Counted from the first letter of the stretch, positions 49,069 to 59,035 are shown. The stretch is 64,000 nt of DNA from an uncultured Rhodospirillaceae bacterium (GCA_964420325.1 CAYQSU010000002.1:10038-74037), one strand, 5' to 3'. The notes: a model not told the origin generated them from the sequence alone. Translations and numbers: made by a program.

Positions 49069-51027
49069 ATGTTCGAAGGCGCAAGCGAAACCCTGTCTGC
49101 GCCATGCTTAGGCAGCGAGCAACGAAGCCCCCTCGATGCGACCATCGAGGAAGCGGCGGCGTGGCTTGCGGATCGACAGGCCCCGGACGGTCACTGGGTG
49201 TTCGAGCTCGAGGCCGATGCGACGATCCCCTCCGAGTACATCCTGCTCAACCATTACCTCGGCCGGGTCGACGATGTCGTGGAGCAGAAGCTTGCCGCCT
49301 ATCTCCGCAGACGGCAGGGGAGCCACGGCGGCTGGCCCTTGTTTCACGACGGCGACTTCGACATCAGCGCGACGGTGAAGGCGTACTTTGCGCTGAAGCT
49401 CGTCGGCGACGATGTCGATGCCCCTCACATGCGGAAGGCGCGGGAGGCCGTGCTCGCTCACGGCGGCGCTGCCAAGTGCAACGTATTCACCCGCATCACG
49501 CTCGCGCTGTTCTGGCAGGTGCCCTGGCGGGCGGCGCCCCTGATGCGCGTCGAGGCGGTGCTGCTGCCGAAATGGGCGCCGTTCCACACCTCGAAGGTGT
49601 CGTACTGGTCGCGAACGGTGATGGTGCCGCTGCTGGTGCTGGCCGCGCTCAAGCCTAGGGCGCGGAACCCGCGCGGAGTCGGCATCGCGGAGCTGTTCCT
49701 CGTGCCGCCGGAGGAGGACGAGACCTATCTCGTCAATCCGACGGGACACGCGATCGGAGACATCCTGCTTCGCCTCGATCGGATCGGGCGAGCGGTCGAA
49801 TCCCTGTTTCCCAAGTTTCTGGAACGCAGGGCCATCGACAAGGCGATGGCGTTCGTCCGCGAGCGGCTGAACGGCGAGGACGGGCTCGGAGGCATTTTCC
49901 CGGCCATGGCCAACGTGCTGATGGCTTTCGATGCCTTGGGCTATCCCCACGATCACCCGGACTTCCTCACGGCACGCAAAGCGATCGACCGGCTGCTCGT
50001 GTTCCACAACGGCGAGGGCTACTGCCAGCCCTGCCTGTCACCGGTGTGGGACACCTGTCTTGCGCTCCACAGTCTGCTCGAGACAGGCCTGGAAAAGGAG
50101 GACGACATCATCCGCCGAGCTGCCGACTGGCTGTGCGACCGCCAAGTCCTGGAGGTCAAGGGCGACTGGACGGCGAACCGCGGTGCCGTCGCTCCCGGCG
50201 GATGGGCTTTCCAGTATTGCAACGATTACTATCCCGATGTCGACGACACGGCCGTCGTCGTCATGGCGCTCCACCGCGCGGCAGTCGACGACCGGAGCGA
50301 GCCGATTCGCCGCGGCGCGGAGTGGGTGCTCGGCATGCAGAGCAGAAACGGCGGCTGGGGGGCCTTCGACGCCGACAACGAGTACTACGTTCTTGAGCAC
50401 ATGCCCTTCGCCGATCACGGCGCGCTTCTCGACCCGCCAAGCGCGGATGTGACCGCGAGGTGCCTCGGAATGCTGGCTCAACTCGGCCACGGGCGAGCGG
50501 ATCCCGCGGTCCGGCGCGCGCTCGCGTTTCTGAAGGAGCAACAGGAGGAGGACGGCTCGTGGTTCGGGCGGTGGGGAACCAACTACATCTATGGCACCTG
50601 GTCGGTGCTGTCCGCCCTCAACGCCGTCGGCGAGGACATGGAGGCGCCGTACGTGCGCAGGGCGGTGGCCTGGCTGAAATCGCGGCAGCGTGCGGACGGC
50701 GGCTGGGGAGAGGACTGCGCCAGCTACTGGCCGGACCGGCGGCATGAAACGAAGGCGAGCACGCCGTCGCAGACCTCGTGGGCGCTGCTGGCACTGATGG
50801 CCGCTGGCGAGGTCGACAGCGAGGCCGTGGAACGCGGCATCGCGTTCCTTCTCGCCGCACCCCGCGAGGGCGGCAGGTGGCGGGAGGAGTACTACAACGC
50901 CGTCGGCTTTCCGCGCGTGTTCTACCTCCTCTATCACGGATATCCGGCCTATTTCCCGCTGTGGGCGCTGGCACGCTACCGCAACCTCCGACGGAGCAAC
51001 GCAAAGACCACGATGTACGGGATCTGA
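49069..51027 (+). CDS. shc: Squalene-hopene cyclase
   Basis: ORF trimmed to the ATG at 49069. 652 aa with the catalytic DxDD motif (YYPDVDDTAVV) and repeated QW motifs (R.RQ..DGGWG, Q..DGSW.GRWG). Confidence 0.95.
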   Translation: MFEGASETLSAPCLGSEQRSPLDATIEEAAAWLADRQAPDGHWVFELEADATIPSEYILLNHYLGRVDDVVEQKLAAYLRRRQGSHGGWPLFHDGDFDISATVKAYFALKLVGDDVDAPHMRKAREAVLAHGGAAKCNVFTRITLALFWQVPWRAAPLMRVEAVLLPKWAPFHTSKVSYWSRTVMVPLLVLAALKPRARNPRGVGIAELFLVPPEEDETYLVNPTGHAIGDILLRLDRIGRAVESLFPKFLERRAIDKAMAFVRERLNGEDGLGGIFPAMANVLMAFDALGYPHDHPDFLTARKAIDRLLVFHNGEGYCQPCLSPVWDTCLALHSLLETGLEKEDDIIRRAADWLCDRQVLEVKGDWTANRGAVAPGGWAFQYCNDYYPDVDDTAVVVMALHRAAVDDRSEPIRRGAEWVLGMQSRNGGWGAFDADNEYYVLEHMPFADHGALLDPPSADVTARCLGMLAQLGHGRADPAVRRALAFLKEQQEEDGSWFGRWGTNYIYGTWSVLSALNAVGEDMEAPYVRRAVAWLKSRQRADGGWGEDCASYWPDRRHETKASTPSQTSWALLALMAAGEVDSEAVERGIAFLLAAPREGGRWREEYYNAVGFPRVFYLLYHGYPAYFPLWALARYRNLRRSNAKTTMYGI

Positions 51028-51717
51028 GTGCCGCTGATCGGCATCGTCACCGGGCTTGCGGACGAAGCCGACGGCCTCGGGTTGCGGGATGCCGCGGGCG
51101 CGGCCAGGGTTCTTTGCGCCGGCGCCGACAGCCGTCGGGCGGAGCAGGCGGCCCGACGGCTGCTGGCCGACGGCTGTGCAGCGCTCATCAGCTTCGGCGT
51201 CGCCGGCGGTCTCGACCCCGCTCTCGAACCGGGAACGGTGATCGTCGCACCTTCGGTGATAGCACCCGACGGCGCTCGTTTCGCCCTCGATGGCGACTGG
51301 CGTGATCGACTGATCGCGGACCTCTCCGGCGTCGTAGCCGTCGCGGCGCGGGACGTCGCCGGTCGTGACCGGCCCGTCGTCGGTGTGGCGGAGAAGCGGG
51401 CGCTCCACGTCACCACCGGCGCCGGCGCCGTCGACATGGAAAGCCACGCCGTCGCACGCAGCGCGGCCGCAGCCGGGGCACGATGCCTTGTGCTGCGCGC
51501 GGTCGCCGATCCGTCCTGGCGGTCGCTTCCGGCTTGGCTTCCGTCGGCGGTCGGCGAGGACGGCCGGACGCGGCCGGGCAGGGTGGTCATCGGACTTGCC
51601 CGCCGACCCTGGTCGCTCGCCGCCGTCGTCCGCGCGGGAGGCGACTACCGGCAAGCGCTCGCGGCCTTAAGCCGCGTCGCTTTGCACGCGGGCCCGCTGT
51701 TCCAGTTCGACGCTTAG
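51028..51717 (+). CDS. hpnG: Hopanoid-associated phosphorylase/nucleosidase HpnG
   Basis: 229 aa with a GTG start directly after the shc stop. PNP/MTA-nucleosidase-like pattern is present (GIVTGL..EA; SFGVAGGL.P.L.PG; GA.AVDMES.AVA). Confidence 0.8.
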   Translation: MPLIGIVTGLADEADGLGLRDAAGAARVLCAGADSRRAEQAARRLLADGCAALISFGVAGGLDPALEPGTVIVAPSVIAPDGARFALDGDWRDRLIADLSGVVAVAARDVAGRDRPVVGVAEKRALHVTTGAGAVDMESHAVARSAAAAGARCLVLRAVADPSWRSLPAWLPSAVGEDGRTRPGRVVIGLARRPWSLAAVVRAGGDYRQALAALSRVALHAGPLFQFDA

Positions 51718-52806
51718 CCGGCTAACGAGCCCGTCGAAGACGAACTCGGCGGGCCGCTGGTGCTCAAGGGAGATCTCCGGAGCGAAGGGGCCGTCGGTGC
51801 GCGGGCCCCGGAGTGCCACCTTGAGCGCCTTCAACGGGTGAGTGACGGTGTCGGTGACCGCGGTCGGCTCGAAGCCGCAATGGACCATGCAGTCGGCGCA
51901 CTTCTCGTAGTTGCCGGTGCCGTAGCGGTGCCACTCCGTCTCCTCCATCAACTCCCGGAAGCTCGCCGCATAGCCCTCTGCCAGGAGATAGCACGGCCGC
52001 TGCCAGCCGAAGATGTTGCGTGTGGGATTGCCCCAGGGCGTGCAGCGGTAATTCTGGTTGCCGGCGAGGAAGTCGAGGAACAGCGACGACTGGCTGAACC
52101 GCCACTTGTTCCGGCCGCGCCGCTTGAAGATCTCGCGGAACAGCTGCTTGGTCTTGGCCCGGTTAAGGAAGTGCTCCTGGTCGGGCGCGCGCTCGTAGGC
52201 GTAGCCGGGGGAGACGGTGATTCCCTCGACATCCAGCTCGCGGGTGCAGAAATCGAAAAACACCGCAACCTCGTCCGCGGCCATCTGGTCGAACAGCGTG
52301 CAGTTGACGTTCACGCGGAAGCCGAGCGAGCGGGCCTTCCGGATCGCCGCCACGGCGCGCCTGAACGTGCCGGGCTGGTTGACGGCCCGGTCATGGTGCT
52401 CCTCGAGGCCGTCGAGATGCACCGAGAAGGTGAGATAGGGGCTCGGTTGGAAGAGATGCAGCCTCTTCTCGAGGAGAAGCCCGTTCGTGCACAGATAGAC
52501 GAACTTCTTGCGGGCGACGATGCCCTCGACGATATCGCCGATCTCCTTGTGCAGGAGCGGCTCGCCGCCGGGGATCGACACCACCGGTGCGCCGCACTCG
52601 TCGACCGCGCTCAGGCATTCGGCGACGGTGAGCCGCCTGTTGAGGATCGGCTCGTCGTAGTCGATCTTGCCGCAGCCGGGACAGGCGAGGTTGCAGCGGA
52701 ACAGCGGCTCCAACATCAGGACGAGAGGATAGCGATCCACGCCCCTCAGCTTCTTGCCGAGAATGTAGGCGCCGACGCGCACCTGTTGAATCAGAGGGAT
52801 TCCCAC
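51667..52806 (-). CDS. hpnH: Adenosyl-hopene transferase HpnH (radical SAM)
   Basis: 379 aa with the radical-SAM cluster motif (LEPLFRCNLACPGCGKI) and an HpnH-type N-terminus (MGIPLIQQVRVGAYILGKKL). Confidence 0.95.
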   Translation of the reverse strand: MGIPLIQQVRVGAYILGKKLRGVDRYPLVLMLEPLFRCNLACPGCGKIDYDEPILNRRLTVAECLSAVDECGAPVVSIPGGEPLLHKEIGDIVEGIVARKKFVYLCTNGLLLEKRLHLFQPSPYLTFSVHLDGLEEHHDRAVNQPGTFRRAVAAIRKARSLGFRVNVNCTLFDQMAADEVAVFFDFCTRELDVEGITVSPGYAYERAPDQEHFLNRAKTKQLFREIFKRRGRNKWRFSQSSLFLDFLAGNQNYRCTPWGNPTRNIFGWQRPCYLLAEGYAASFRELMEETEWHRYGTGNYEKCADCMVHCGFEPTAVTDTVTHPLKALKVALRGPRTDGPFAPEISLEHQRPAEFVFDGLVSRLSVELEQRARVQSDAA

Positions 52807-52827
52807 GGAACAAACCTTTCGCTGAAC

Positions 52828-53781
52828 CTACGATGCCTCGGCATGGTCGAGGAGCTGACGGGGGAGCTTGAACTGCATGTGCTCGTCGACGCCCCGGATC
52901 TCCTCGACCCTAACCTCGCCGAAGTCGGCAAGACGGTCGATGAGGCCCTGAACCAGCGCCTCGGGCGCCGAGGCGCCGGCAGTGACGCCGACGGCGCCGA
53001 CATTCTCGAGCCACGCGGGGTCGAGCGCGGTCGCATCGTCGACAAGATAGCTGGGGACGCCGAGCTGCTCCCCGATTTCCCGCAGGCGGTTCGAATTCGA
53101 GCTGTTGCGTGCGCCGACGACGAGGAGCAGGTCGACCTGCTCGGAGACATGGCGCACCGCTTGCTGGCGGTTCTGCGTCGCGTAGCAGATGTCCCGGACG
53201 TCGGGACCGACGATCGTTGGAAACCGGGCGCGCAAAGCCGCAATCACATCCCTGGTGTCGTCGACACTGAGCGTTGTCTGGGTGACGTAGGCGAGGCGTT
53301 CCGGGTTTTCCACCCGGAGCCCTGCCACGTCGGCGACGGTCGAGACGAGATGCACGCCGCCGGGTATGCGGCCGCGAGTGCCTTCCACCTCCGGATGACC
53401 GGCGTGGCCGATGAGGATCACCTGGCGATCGCGGCGCGCGTGGTTGCGACCCTCCTTGTGGACCTTGGACACGAGGGGGCAGGTGGCGTCGATGACCGGG
53501 AGCTTGCGGTCCTCGGCCTCGCGCTCTACGGCCTCGGAGACGCCGTGGGCGCTGAACACGGTCACGGCGCCGTCGGGGATCTCCTCCAGTTCCTCGACGA
53601 ACACCGCGCCCTTGGCGCGCAGCGACTCGACGACATGCTTGTTGTGGACGATCTCGTGTCGGACGTAGACGGGCGGGCCGTAGCGCTCGAGCGCCCGCTC
53701 GACGATCTCGATCGCGCGTTCGACTCCTGCGCAAAAGCCCCGCGGCTTGGCGAGCACGACACGAAGAGTGCGCTGGCCCAT
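52828..53781 (-). CDS. ispH: 4-hydroxy-3-methylbut-2-enyl diphosphate reductase
   Basis: ORF trimmed to the ATG at 53781. 317 aa with [31 protein letters not shown], and GHAGHPEV.G motifs. Confidence 0.95.
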   Translation of the reverse strand: MGQRTLRVVLAKPRGFCAGVERAIEIVERALERYGPPVYVRHEIVHNKHVVESLRAKGAVFVEELEEIPDGAVTVFSAHGVSEAVEREAEDRKLPVIDATCPLVSKVHKEGRNHARRDRQVILIGHAGHPEVEGTRGRIPGGVHLVSTVADVAGLRVENPERLAYVTQTTLSVDDTRDVIAALRARFPTIVGPDVRDICYATQNRQQAVRHVSEQVDLLLVVGARNSSNSNRLREIGEQLGVPSYLVDDATALDPAWLENVGAVGVTAGASAPEALVQGLIDRLADFGEVRVEEIRGVDEHMQFKLPRQLLDHAEAS

Positions 53782-54040
53782 GGTCTCGCTCTTCCCGTTC
53801 GACACGGCGCGGGCGGCCGGCCGTCGCCACCATAGGGGGCTTTTCGTCGTCGTGAAAGAGAAGAGTAACCCTTTAAATTCTTGGGGATTCCGACCCGGCA
53901 GCCGGTCTCTCAACGGCGATCGGAGAGCCATCCTCGGCACACCCTGACGGAACCGCGGGCTTTTGCCGCGACGTGCGGTGTGGTATTCGACCTCTCCCGC
54001 CCGAATCTCGTGGAGACGAGAGAGCGACCGCTCGCCACCG

Positions 54041-55117
54041 ATGACCGTTCTTGTCACAGGAGCAACCGGCTTCGTCGGCGCGGCCGTTGCGCGCCACCTC
54101 TGCCGGGCCGGCCGTCGCGTCCGGGTCCTCGTGCGGGCGTCTTCGCGGCGCACCAATCTAGAGGGACTGGAGGTGGAAACAGTCACCGGCGACCTCGCCG
54201 ATCCGACCTCCCTCGCCGAAGCCGTCGCCGGCTGCGACGCCCTGTTCCACGTCGCCGCCGACTATCGGCTCTGGGTGCCCGATGCCGAAGCCATGTTCGC
54301 GGTCAACGTCGAGGGGACGAGACGGCTGATGCTGGCGGCGCTCGACGCCGGCATGAAGCGGATCGTCTACACCAGCAGCGTCGCCACGCTCGGCCTCCGC
54401 CCGGATGGCGAGGCCGACGAAACCACCCCGGTCGGCTACCAGGACATGATCGGGCCTTACAAGCAGTCCAAATACCTCGCCGAGGCCGAGGTGCGGCGCT
54501 TGGTTCACGAGCGGGACCTGCCCGCCGTCATCGTTAATCCATCGACTCCGGTCGGCGCGGGCGACGTGCGGCCGACACCGACCGGGCGCATGATCATCGA
54601 GGCGGCGCGCGGGCGCATGCCGGTCTACGTCGATACCGGACTCAACATCGTCCACGTCGACGACGTCGCCCAAGGGCACCTCCTCGCCTTCGACAAGGGC
54701 AGGACCGGCGAGCGCTACATCCTGGGCGGCGACAACCTCGGCCTGGGCGAGATCCTCGCCATCATCGCCGGGTTCACCGAGCGCAGGCCGCCACGCACGA
54801 AAATCACGCCGTCGGCGGTGATGCCGGTGGCGATCCTCTCCGAGATCTGGTGCCGCCTCGTCGGCGGCGAGCCGTTCGCGACGGTCGACGGCATCCGCAT
54901 GGCGCGCAAGCGCATGTTCTTCACCAGCGCGAAGGCGCGGACGGAGCTCGGCTACGCGTCCCGGCCGGCGGCGGCGGCCCTCGGCGATGCCGTCGCCTGG
55001 TTCCGCAGCCACGGCTATCTGGCGAGAGGCGGGGAGAAGCACCAGGCCGACCCGCAGCCGGAGGGCCGGGGAGTGTCGGCCGGCCGACGGGCGCGTACCC
55101 GCGCGGCGCCCGATTAG
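54041..55117 (+). CDS. hpnA: Hopanoid-associated sugar epimerase/SDR HpnA
   Basis: ORF trimmed to the ATG at 54041 ([20 protein letters not shown]). An extended-SDR Rossmann fold with YKQSK (YxxxK) is present. Location is inside the hpn cluster. Confidence 0.85.
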   Translation: MTVLVTGATGFVGAAVARHLCRAGRRVRVLVRASSRRTNLEGLEVETVTGDLADPTSLAEAVAGCDALFHVAADYRLWVPDAEAMFAVNVEGTRRLMLAALDAGMKRIVYTSSVATLGLRPDGEADETTPVGYQDMIGPYKQSKYLAEAEVRRLVHERDLPAVIVNPSTPVGAGDVRPTPTGRMIIEAARGRMPVYVDTGLNIVHVDDVAQGHLLAFDKGRTGERYILGGDNLGLGEILAIIAGFTERRPPRTKITPSAVMPVAILSEIWCRLVGGEPFATVDGIRMARKRMFFTSAKARTELGYASRPAAAALGDAVAWFRSHGYLARGGEKHQADPQPEGRGVSAGRRARTRAAPD

Positions 55118-55222
55118 CGCCTTGCGTGCGGGTGCCGGTGGAAGCGTCGTCATCGGCGGTCTGTTCGGGATCCTCGTGAACGATCGATGACCTTGAGCGG
55201 CGCAAGCCACAGGGAGGCGACA

Positions 55223-56221
55223 ATGTCGGCAAGCGAGGGCGGTGGCGACAAGTGCTGGATCGGCTTCGATCTCGGAGGCACCAAGATGCTGGCCGTGGTG
55301 TTCGATCCCGCGTTCAAGGCGCTCGCGCGCGTGCGGAAGAGGAGCAGGACGCAGAAGGGCTCCCGTGGCGGCGTCGAGCGGATCGTCGGCCTCATCGAGG
55401 ATGCCTTGAGCGAAGCCCGGATCGCTCCGTCCGACCTCGGCGGCATCGGCATCGGCTGCCCGGGACCTCTCGATCTCGACGCCGGCGTGGTCCTCGAGAT
55501 GCCGAACCTCGGCTGGAAGAACGCGGCGCTGAAGACGGAGCTGGAGAAGGTCTTTCCGTGCGGCGTGGTCGTCGTCAACGATGCCGATGCCGGTCTCTAC
55601 GGCGAATACCGGCTGGGCGCGGCGCGCGACGTGAGGTGCGCGGTCGGCGTGTTCGCCGGTACCGGCATCGGCGGTGCCGCCGTGAACCAGGGCGAGATCA
55701 TCCGTGGTCGCTCTGGCTCCTGCATGGAGATCGGGCACCTGCCGGTGATGCGGGACGGCCCGCTTTGCGGATGCGGGCGGCGCGGCTGTCTCGAGGCGGT
55801 GGCAGGGCGGCTCGCCGTCTCCGCCGCCGCTGCTTCTGCGGCCTTTCGCGGTGAGGCACCCCATCTTCTCCGCCTCGCCGGCACCGATGTGCAGGCCATC
55901 CGAAGCCGGGCTCTCGCCGAGGCGATCGCCGCCGGCGACACGGTCGTCGAGGCGATCGTTCGCGAAGCGGCCCGCAGCGTCGGCTGGGCGATGGCCGGCG
56001 TGGTCAATCTTCTCGCTCCCGACATCGTCGTGCTCGGCGGCGGCATGGTCGAGAACATGCCCGAGCTGTGGAAGGAGGAGGCGGAGTCCCAGATCAGGGC
56101 GCGCGTCATGCCGTCGTTCGAGGGCACGTTCGAGGTGGCGGTCGCCGCTCTCGCCGGTGATGCCGCCGTCATCGGAGCCGCGGCCTGGGCGAGGAAGACC
56201 CTCCTGGCCGGCGTTCATTGA
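55223..56221 (+). CDS. ROK-family sugar kinase
   Basis: The ATG at 55223 lies 5 nt after GGGAGG (the ORF opens at ATG 55187). ATP-binding motif IGFDLGGTK, NDADAG, and the ROK zinc motif GH......G..CGCGRRGCLEA are present. Confidence 0.85.
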   Translation: MSASEGGGDKCWIGFDLGGTKMLAVVFDPAFKALARVRKRSRTQKGSRGGVERIVGLIEDALSEARIAPSDLGGIGIGCPGPLDLDAGVVLEMPNLGWKNAALKTELEKVFPCGVVVVNDADAGLYGEYRLGAARDVRCAVGVFAGTGIGGAAVNQGEIIRGRSGSCMEIGHLPVMRDGPLCGCGRRGCLEAVAGRLAVSAAAASAAFRGEAPHLLRLAGTDVQAIRSRALAEAIAAGDTVVEAIVREAARSVGWAMAGVVNLLAPDIVVLGGGMVENMPELWKEEAESQIRARVMPSFEGTFEVAVAALAGDAAVIGAAAWARKTLLAGVH

Positions 56222-56270
56222 TGGGGCGCCCGGGCCTTGGTCTCCGGGAGCTGCTCTTCCGCGGCCGGCG

Positions 56271-58892
56271 TCAGCCGTTTCGGCCTGCGATGGCCATCAG
56301 CGCCGGCAGCACGATCAGGGTGCAGACGAGGGTGAGCACGATGGCTACGGTCAGAAGGATGCCCATTCCCGCCGTGCCGGGGTGATGCGACAGCGCCAGG
56401 CTGCCGAACGAGGCGATGGTGGTCAGCGAGGTGTAGAGCACGGCTCTCGGCGTGCTCGTCGTCATCGCCTTGGCGTCTCCGCCCTCCTTTCCCTCGCGGA
56501 TGACGAGGTGGAGGCTGCCGGCGACGCCAAGACCGAACAAGAGCGGAAGCACGATGACGTTGGCGAAATTGAAGGGGATGCCGATCAGCAGCGAGGCCGC
56601 CACCGTCAGCAGCGCAGCCAGCATCAGCGGCGCGAAGACGATGAGGACATCTCGCGGTCTTTTCAGCAGCACCAGCAACAGGAGGGCGATCGCGACCACG
56701 GCCACGGCGGCAGCCTCGATGAGCGCCCGTACCACCGCCTGTCCGGCCGCATGGACGACCACCGGCGTTCCGGTCGCCTCGGGGACGACGGTCTGGACCG
56801 TCTCGACGAACCGTGCCAGCGCGGCGTCGTCCCCGTGCACGTGCTCCCGGGGATAGATCTCGAGCCGGGCGCGACCGTCGGCGGCGATCCAGCGGGCGGT
56901 GAGCTCCTCGGGGAGGCTCGCGAGCGTAACCGGCTCCGCCGTGAGCGACAGGCGCAGGGACTCGAGCTCGCCGGGCAAGCCCGAGAGCAGCCGGACCGCG
57001 AGATCCCGCAGGGCCTCGGGCACCTGGATCCTCTGTCTCATCACGGAGGCGAGCGCCACCCGCAGCCTTTCCGCCGCCGCGGCCGTCTCCCCTCCGGAGG
57101 CGGCAAGCCGCCGCAGGCTGTCCTGCAGGCGGCGGAAGGCGCGAACGGTCTCGGCCTCCGTCGGCGGCGGCTGCCGAGGTGCGGTCAGCGACGGCTCGAG
57201 GACCAGCGCCAGCGACGCGATGATGTCGAGCTTCTCCTCCTGATCGTCCGGGACGAAGCTTGCGAGCGTCCGCACGCTGTGGACGACATCCAGATCGTCG
57301 ATCCTTCGAGAAAAGGATTCGGCATCGTGCAGGTCCCTGGCGAGGACGGTGATGGCATAGGCGGTCGTGGGATCCTCGGTCATCACGGCGAGCAGCGTCG
57401 AGACCGACTCGCTGTCCCGGTCCTTGAGGTTGATCGGATCGAAATCGAACCGCGCCATCGGCGCCGCTGCCAGTGCCAGAAGCCCCAGCGCCAGAGACGA
57501 CCAGAGGATCGAGCGGCGATGATCGCGAACCCAGGCGGCAAACGCCGCCTGGCGGGAGATCTCCCAGGGCACCTCTCTGCGAAGCCTGGGCCTGAGCACG
57601 GTCATCACCGCCGGAAGCACCGTGAAGGTGACGACGAGGGCGATCACCATGCCGGCTCCGGCGATCAGGCCGAGCTCTGCGAGACCGACGTAATCGGTCG
57701 GCAGGAAGGAGAAGAAGCCGATGGCAGCTGCGATCGCGCTCAGGGTCAGCGCCCCGGCGACGCTGCGCACCGACGACCGCAGCGCCGCGGCGTGGCCGTC
57801 GAGGAACTCCCGGGTCTCCCGATAGCGAAGCACGTAATGGATGCTGAAGTCGGCACCGAGGCCTATGAACAGGACGGCGAACGCCAGCGAGATCAGATTC
57901 AGCGCGCCGATCGCCGCAACCGCGAAGGCGGCCGTCCAGATCAACCCGACGATGAGCGTGATCAGCGACGCCAGGAGCAGACGGGGGGACCGATAGCACA
58001 AGAGGAGCAAGGTGATGACGAGGACGAGCGACACCGTGCCGGCGGCACCGATGCCGATGGTCACGCTCTGAAGCTCGTCGTCATTGAGGGCGATGGTGCC
58101 GGTCAGACGGACGCGGACGCCATCGCCGGCGTCGGGCGCGATCGCCGCGCCCAACGAGCGAAGGGCGGATATCGCGGCTCCGGCCGGACGAAAGGATCCG
58201 AAGTCCAGGACCGGCTGCACGAGGAAGACGCGGCGATAGACCGAGGCGGCCTCGTCGCCCGTCATCAGCCGCCGCCAGGATAGCCGCTGCCGCTCGCCGC
58301 GCACCTGTGCTTCGGCAACCTCCGTGATGGCGTCGAACACCGGGGTGATCGCGAATCCGGCGCCGTCCTTGTCTTCGAGTGCATGATCTGCTGCGAGGTC
58401 CAGCAACTCGAACAGGCCGCGAAGGCTCGGATCGCGCGACAGTGCGCCGAGAAAGGGCTGCGCCTCCGCCAGCCGGTCGCCCATCTCGTAGAGCTCCTCG
58501 GAACCGAGGAAAAGGAGGCCGTTCCGGCGGAAGAACGGGCTGCCCGCGAGGTCGTGGACGCTGCGAAAGAGGTCCGGCCGCCGGCGCAGGTGCTCGGTCA
58601 GCGCACGGGCCTTCTCGTCGGCGAGGTCGGGCGTCGGGCCTTCGACCACGACGGCGATCGTGTCGACGTCGAGGGGAAACGCCTCGTCCAGCTCCTTCTC
58701 AAGCTGCTGGAAGGGAAGATCCGGCGACAGCATGTCGGCCGTCGAGGTGTTGATGGCGAAGTTGCCCGCCACGTACGCGAGACTGAGACCGGTGAGCCCG
58801 ACGCAGACCACAAGGACCGCCACGGCAAAGCGCTGAACCAGGTCTGTCCAGCGGACGAGCAGTCGGCGGGACCAGGCAAGTCGGATTATCAT
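56271..58892 (-). CDS. hpnN: Hopanoid-associated RND/MMPL-type transporter HpnN
   Basis: 873 aa with two 6-TM bundles, each preceded by a large periplasmic loop (RND/MMPL topology). Location is inside the hpn cluster. Confidence 0.9.
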   Translation of the reverse strand: MIIRLAWSRRLLVRWTDLVQRFAVAVLVVCVGLTGLSLAYVAGNFAINTSTADMLSPDLPFQQLEKELDEAFPLDVDTIAVVVEGPTPDLADEKARALTEHLRRRPDLFRSVHDLAGSPFFRRNGLLFLGSEELYEMGDRLAEAQPFLGALSRDPSLRGLFELLDLAADHALEDKDGAGFAITPVFDAITEVAEAQVRGERQRLSWRRLMTGDEAASVYRRVFLVQPVLDFGSFRPAGAAISALRSLGAAIAPDAGDGVRVRLTGTIALNDDELQSVTIGIGAAGTVSLVLVITLLLLCYRSPRLLLASLITLIVGLIWTAAFAVAAIGALNLISLAFAVLFIGLGADFSIHYVLRYRETREFLDGHAAALRSSVRSVAGALTLSAIAAAIGFFSFLPTDYVGLAELGLIAGAGMVIALVVTFTVLPAVMTVLRPRLRREVPWEISRQAAFAAWVRDHRRSILWSSLALGLLALAAAPMARFDFDPINLKDRDSESVSTLLAVMTEDPTTAYAITVLARDLHDAESFSRRIDDLDVVHSVRTLASFVPDDQEEKLDIIASLALVLEPSLTAPRQPPPTEAETVRAFRRLQDSLRRLAASGGETAAAAERLRVALASVMRQRIQVPEALRDLAVRLLSGLPGELESLRLSLTAEPVTLASLPEELTARWIAADGRARLEIYPREHVHGDDAALARFVETVQTVVPEATGTPVVVHAAGQAVVRALIEAAAVAVVAIALLLLVLLKRPRDVLIVFAPLMLAALLTVAASLLIGIPFNFANVIVLPLLFGLGVAGSLHLVIREGKEGGDAKAMTTSTPRAVLYTSLTTIASFGSLALSHHPGTAGMGILLTVAIVLTLVCTLIVLPALMAIAGRNG

Positions 58893-58980
58893 CGTGACGC
58901 GTTCGAGCGCGGGGTGTTGGGACGGTGTTGTTGCGGACGCATCACCGGGCGGGGCGGGCGGGACCAGGCCGCGCGGTCAA

Positions 58981-59002
58981 GACGTGGCGATCACGACGTG
59001 GC
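58981..59002. repeat. Direct repeat GACGTGGC-N6-GACGTGGC in the hpnN upstream region (function unassigned)
   Basis: The two identical 8-mers were read directly from the sequence, 89 to 110 nt upstream of the hpnN ATG. The repeat itself is certain; the confidence value refers to whether it is functional. Confidence 0.25.
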
Positions 59003-59035
59003 CCGGACCGGTGCAGGGACGACGCCGTGCCGGCG

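Noticed and set aside
55851-58283. An 810-aa plus-strand ORF and a 594-aa alternative-frame minus-strand ORF (56215..57999), both overlapping hpnN.
   Set aside because: Both have the same low-complexity Arg/Gly/Asp-rich composition. hpnN in its own frame shows coherent RND/MMPL topology along the whole region.
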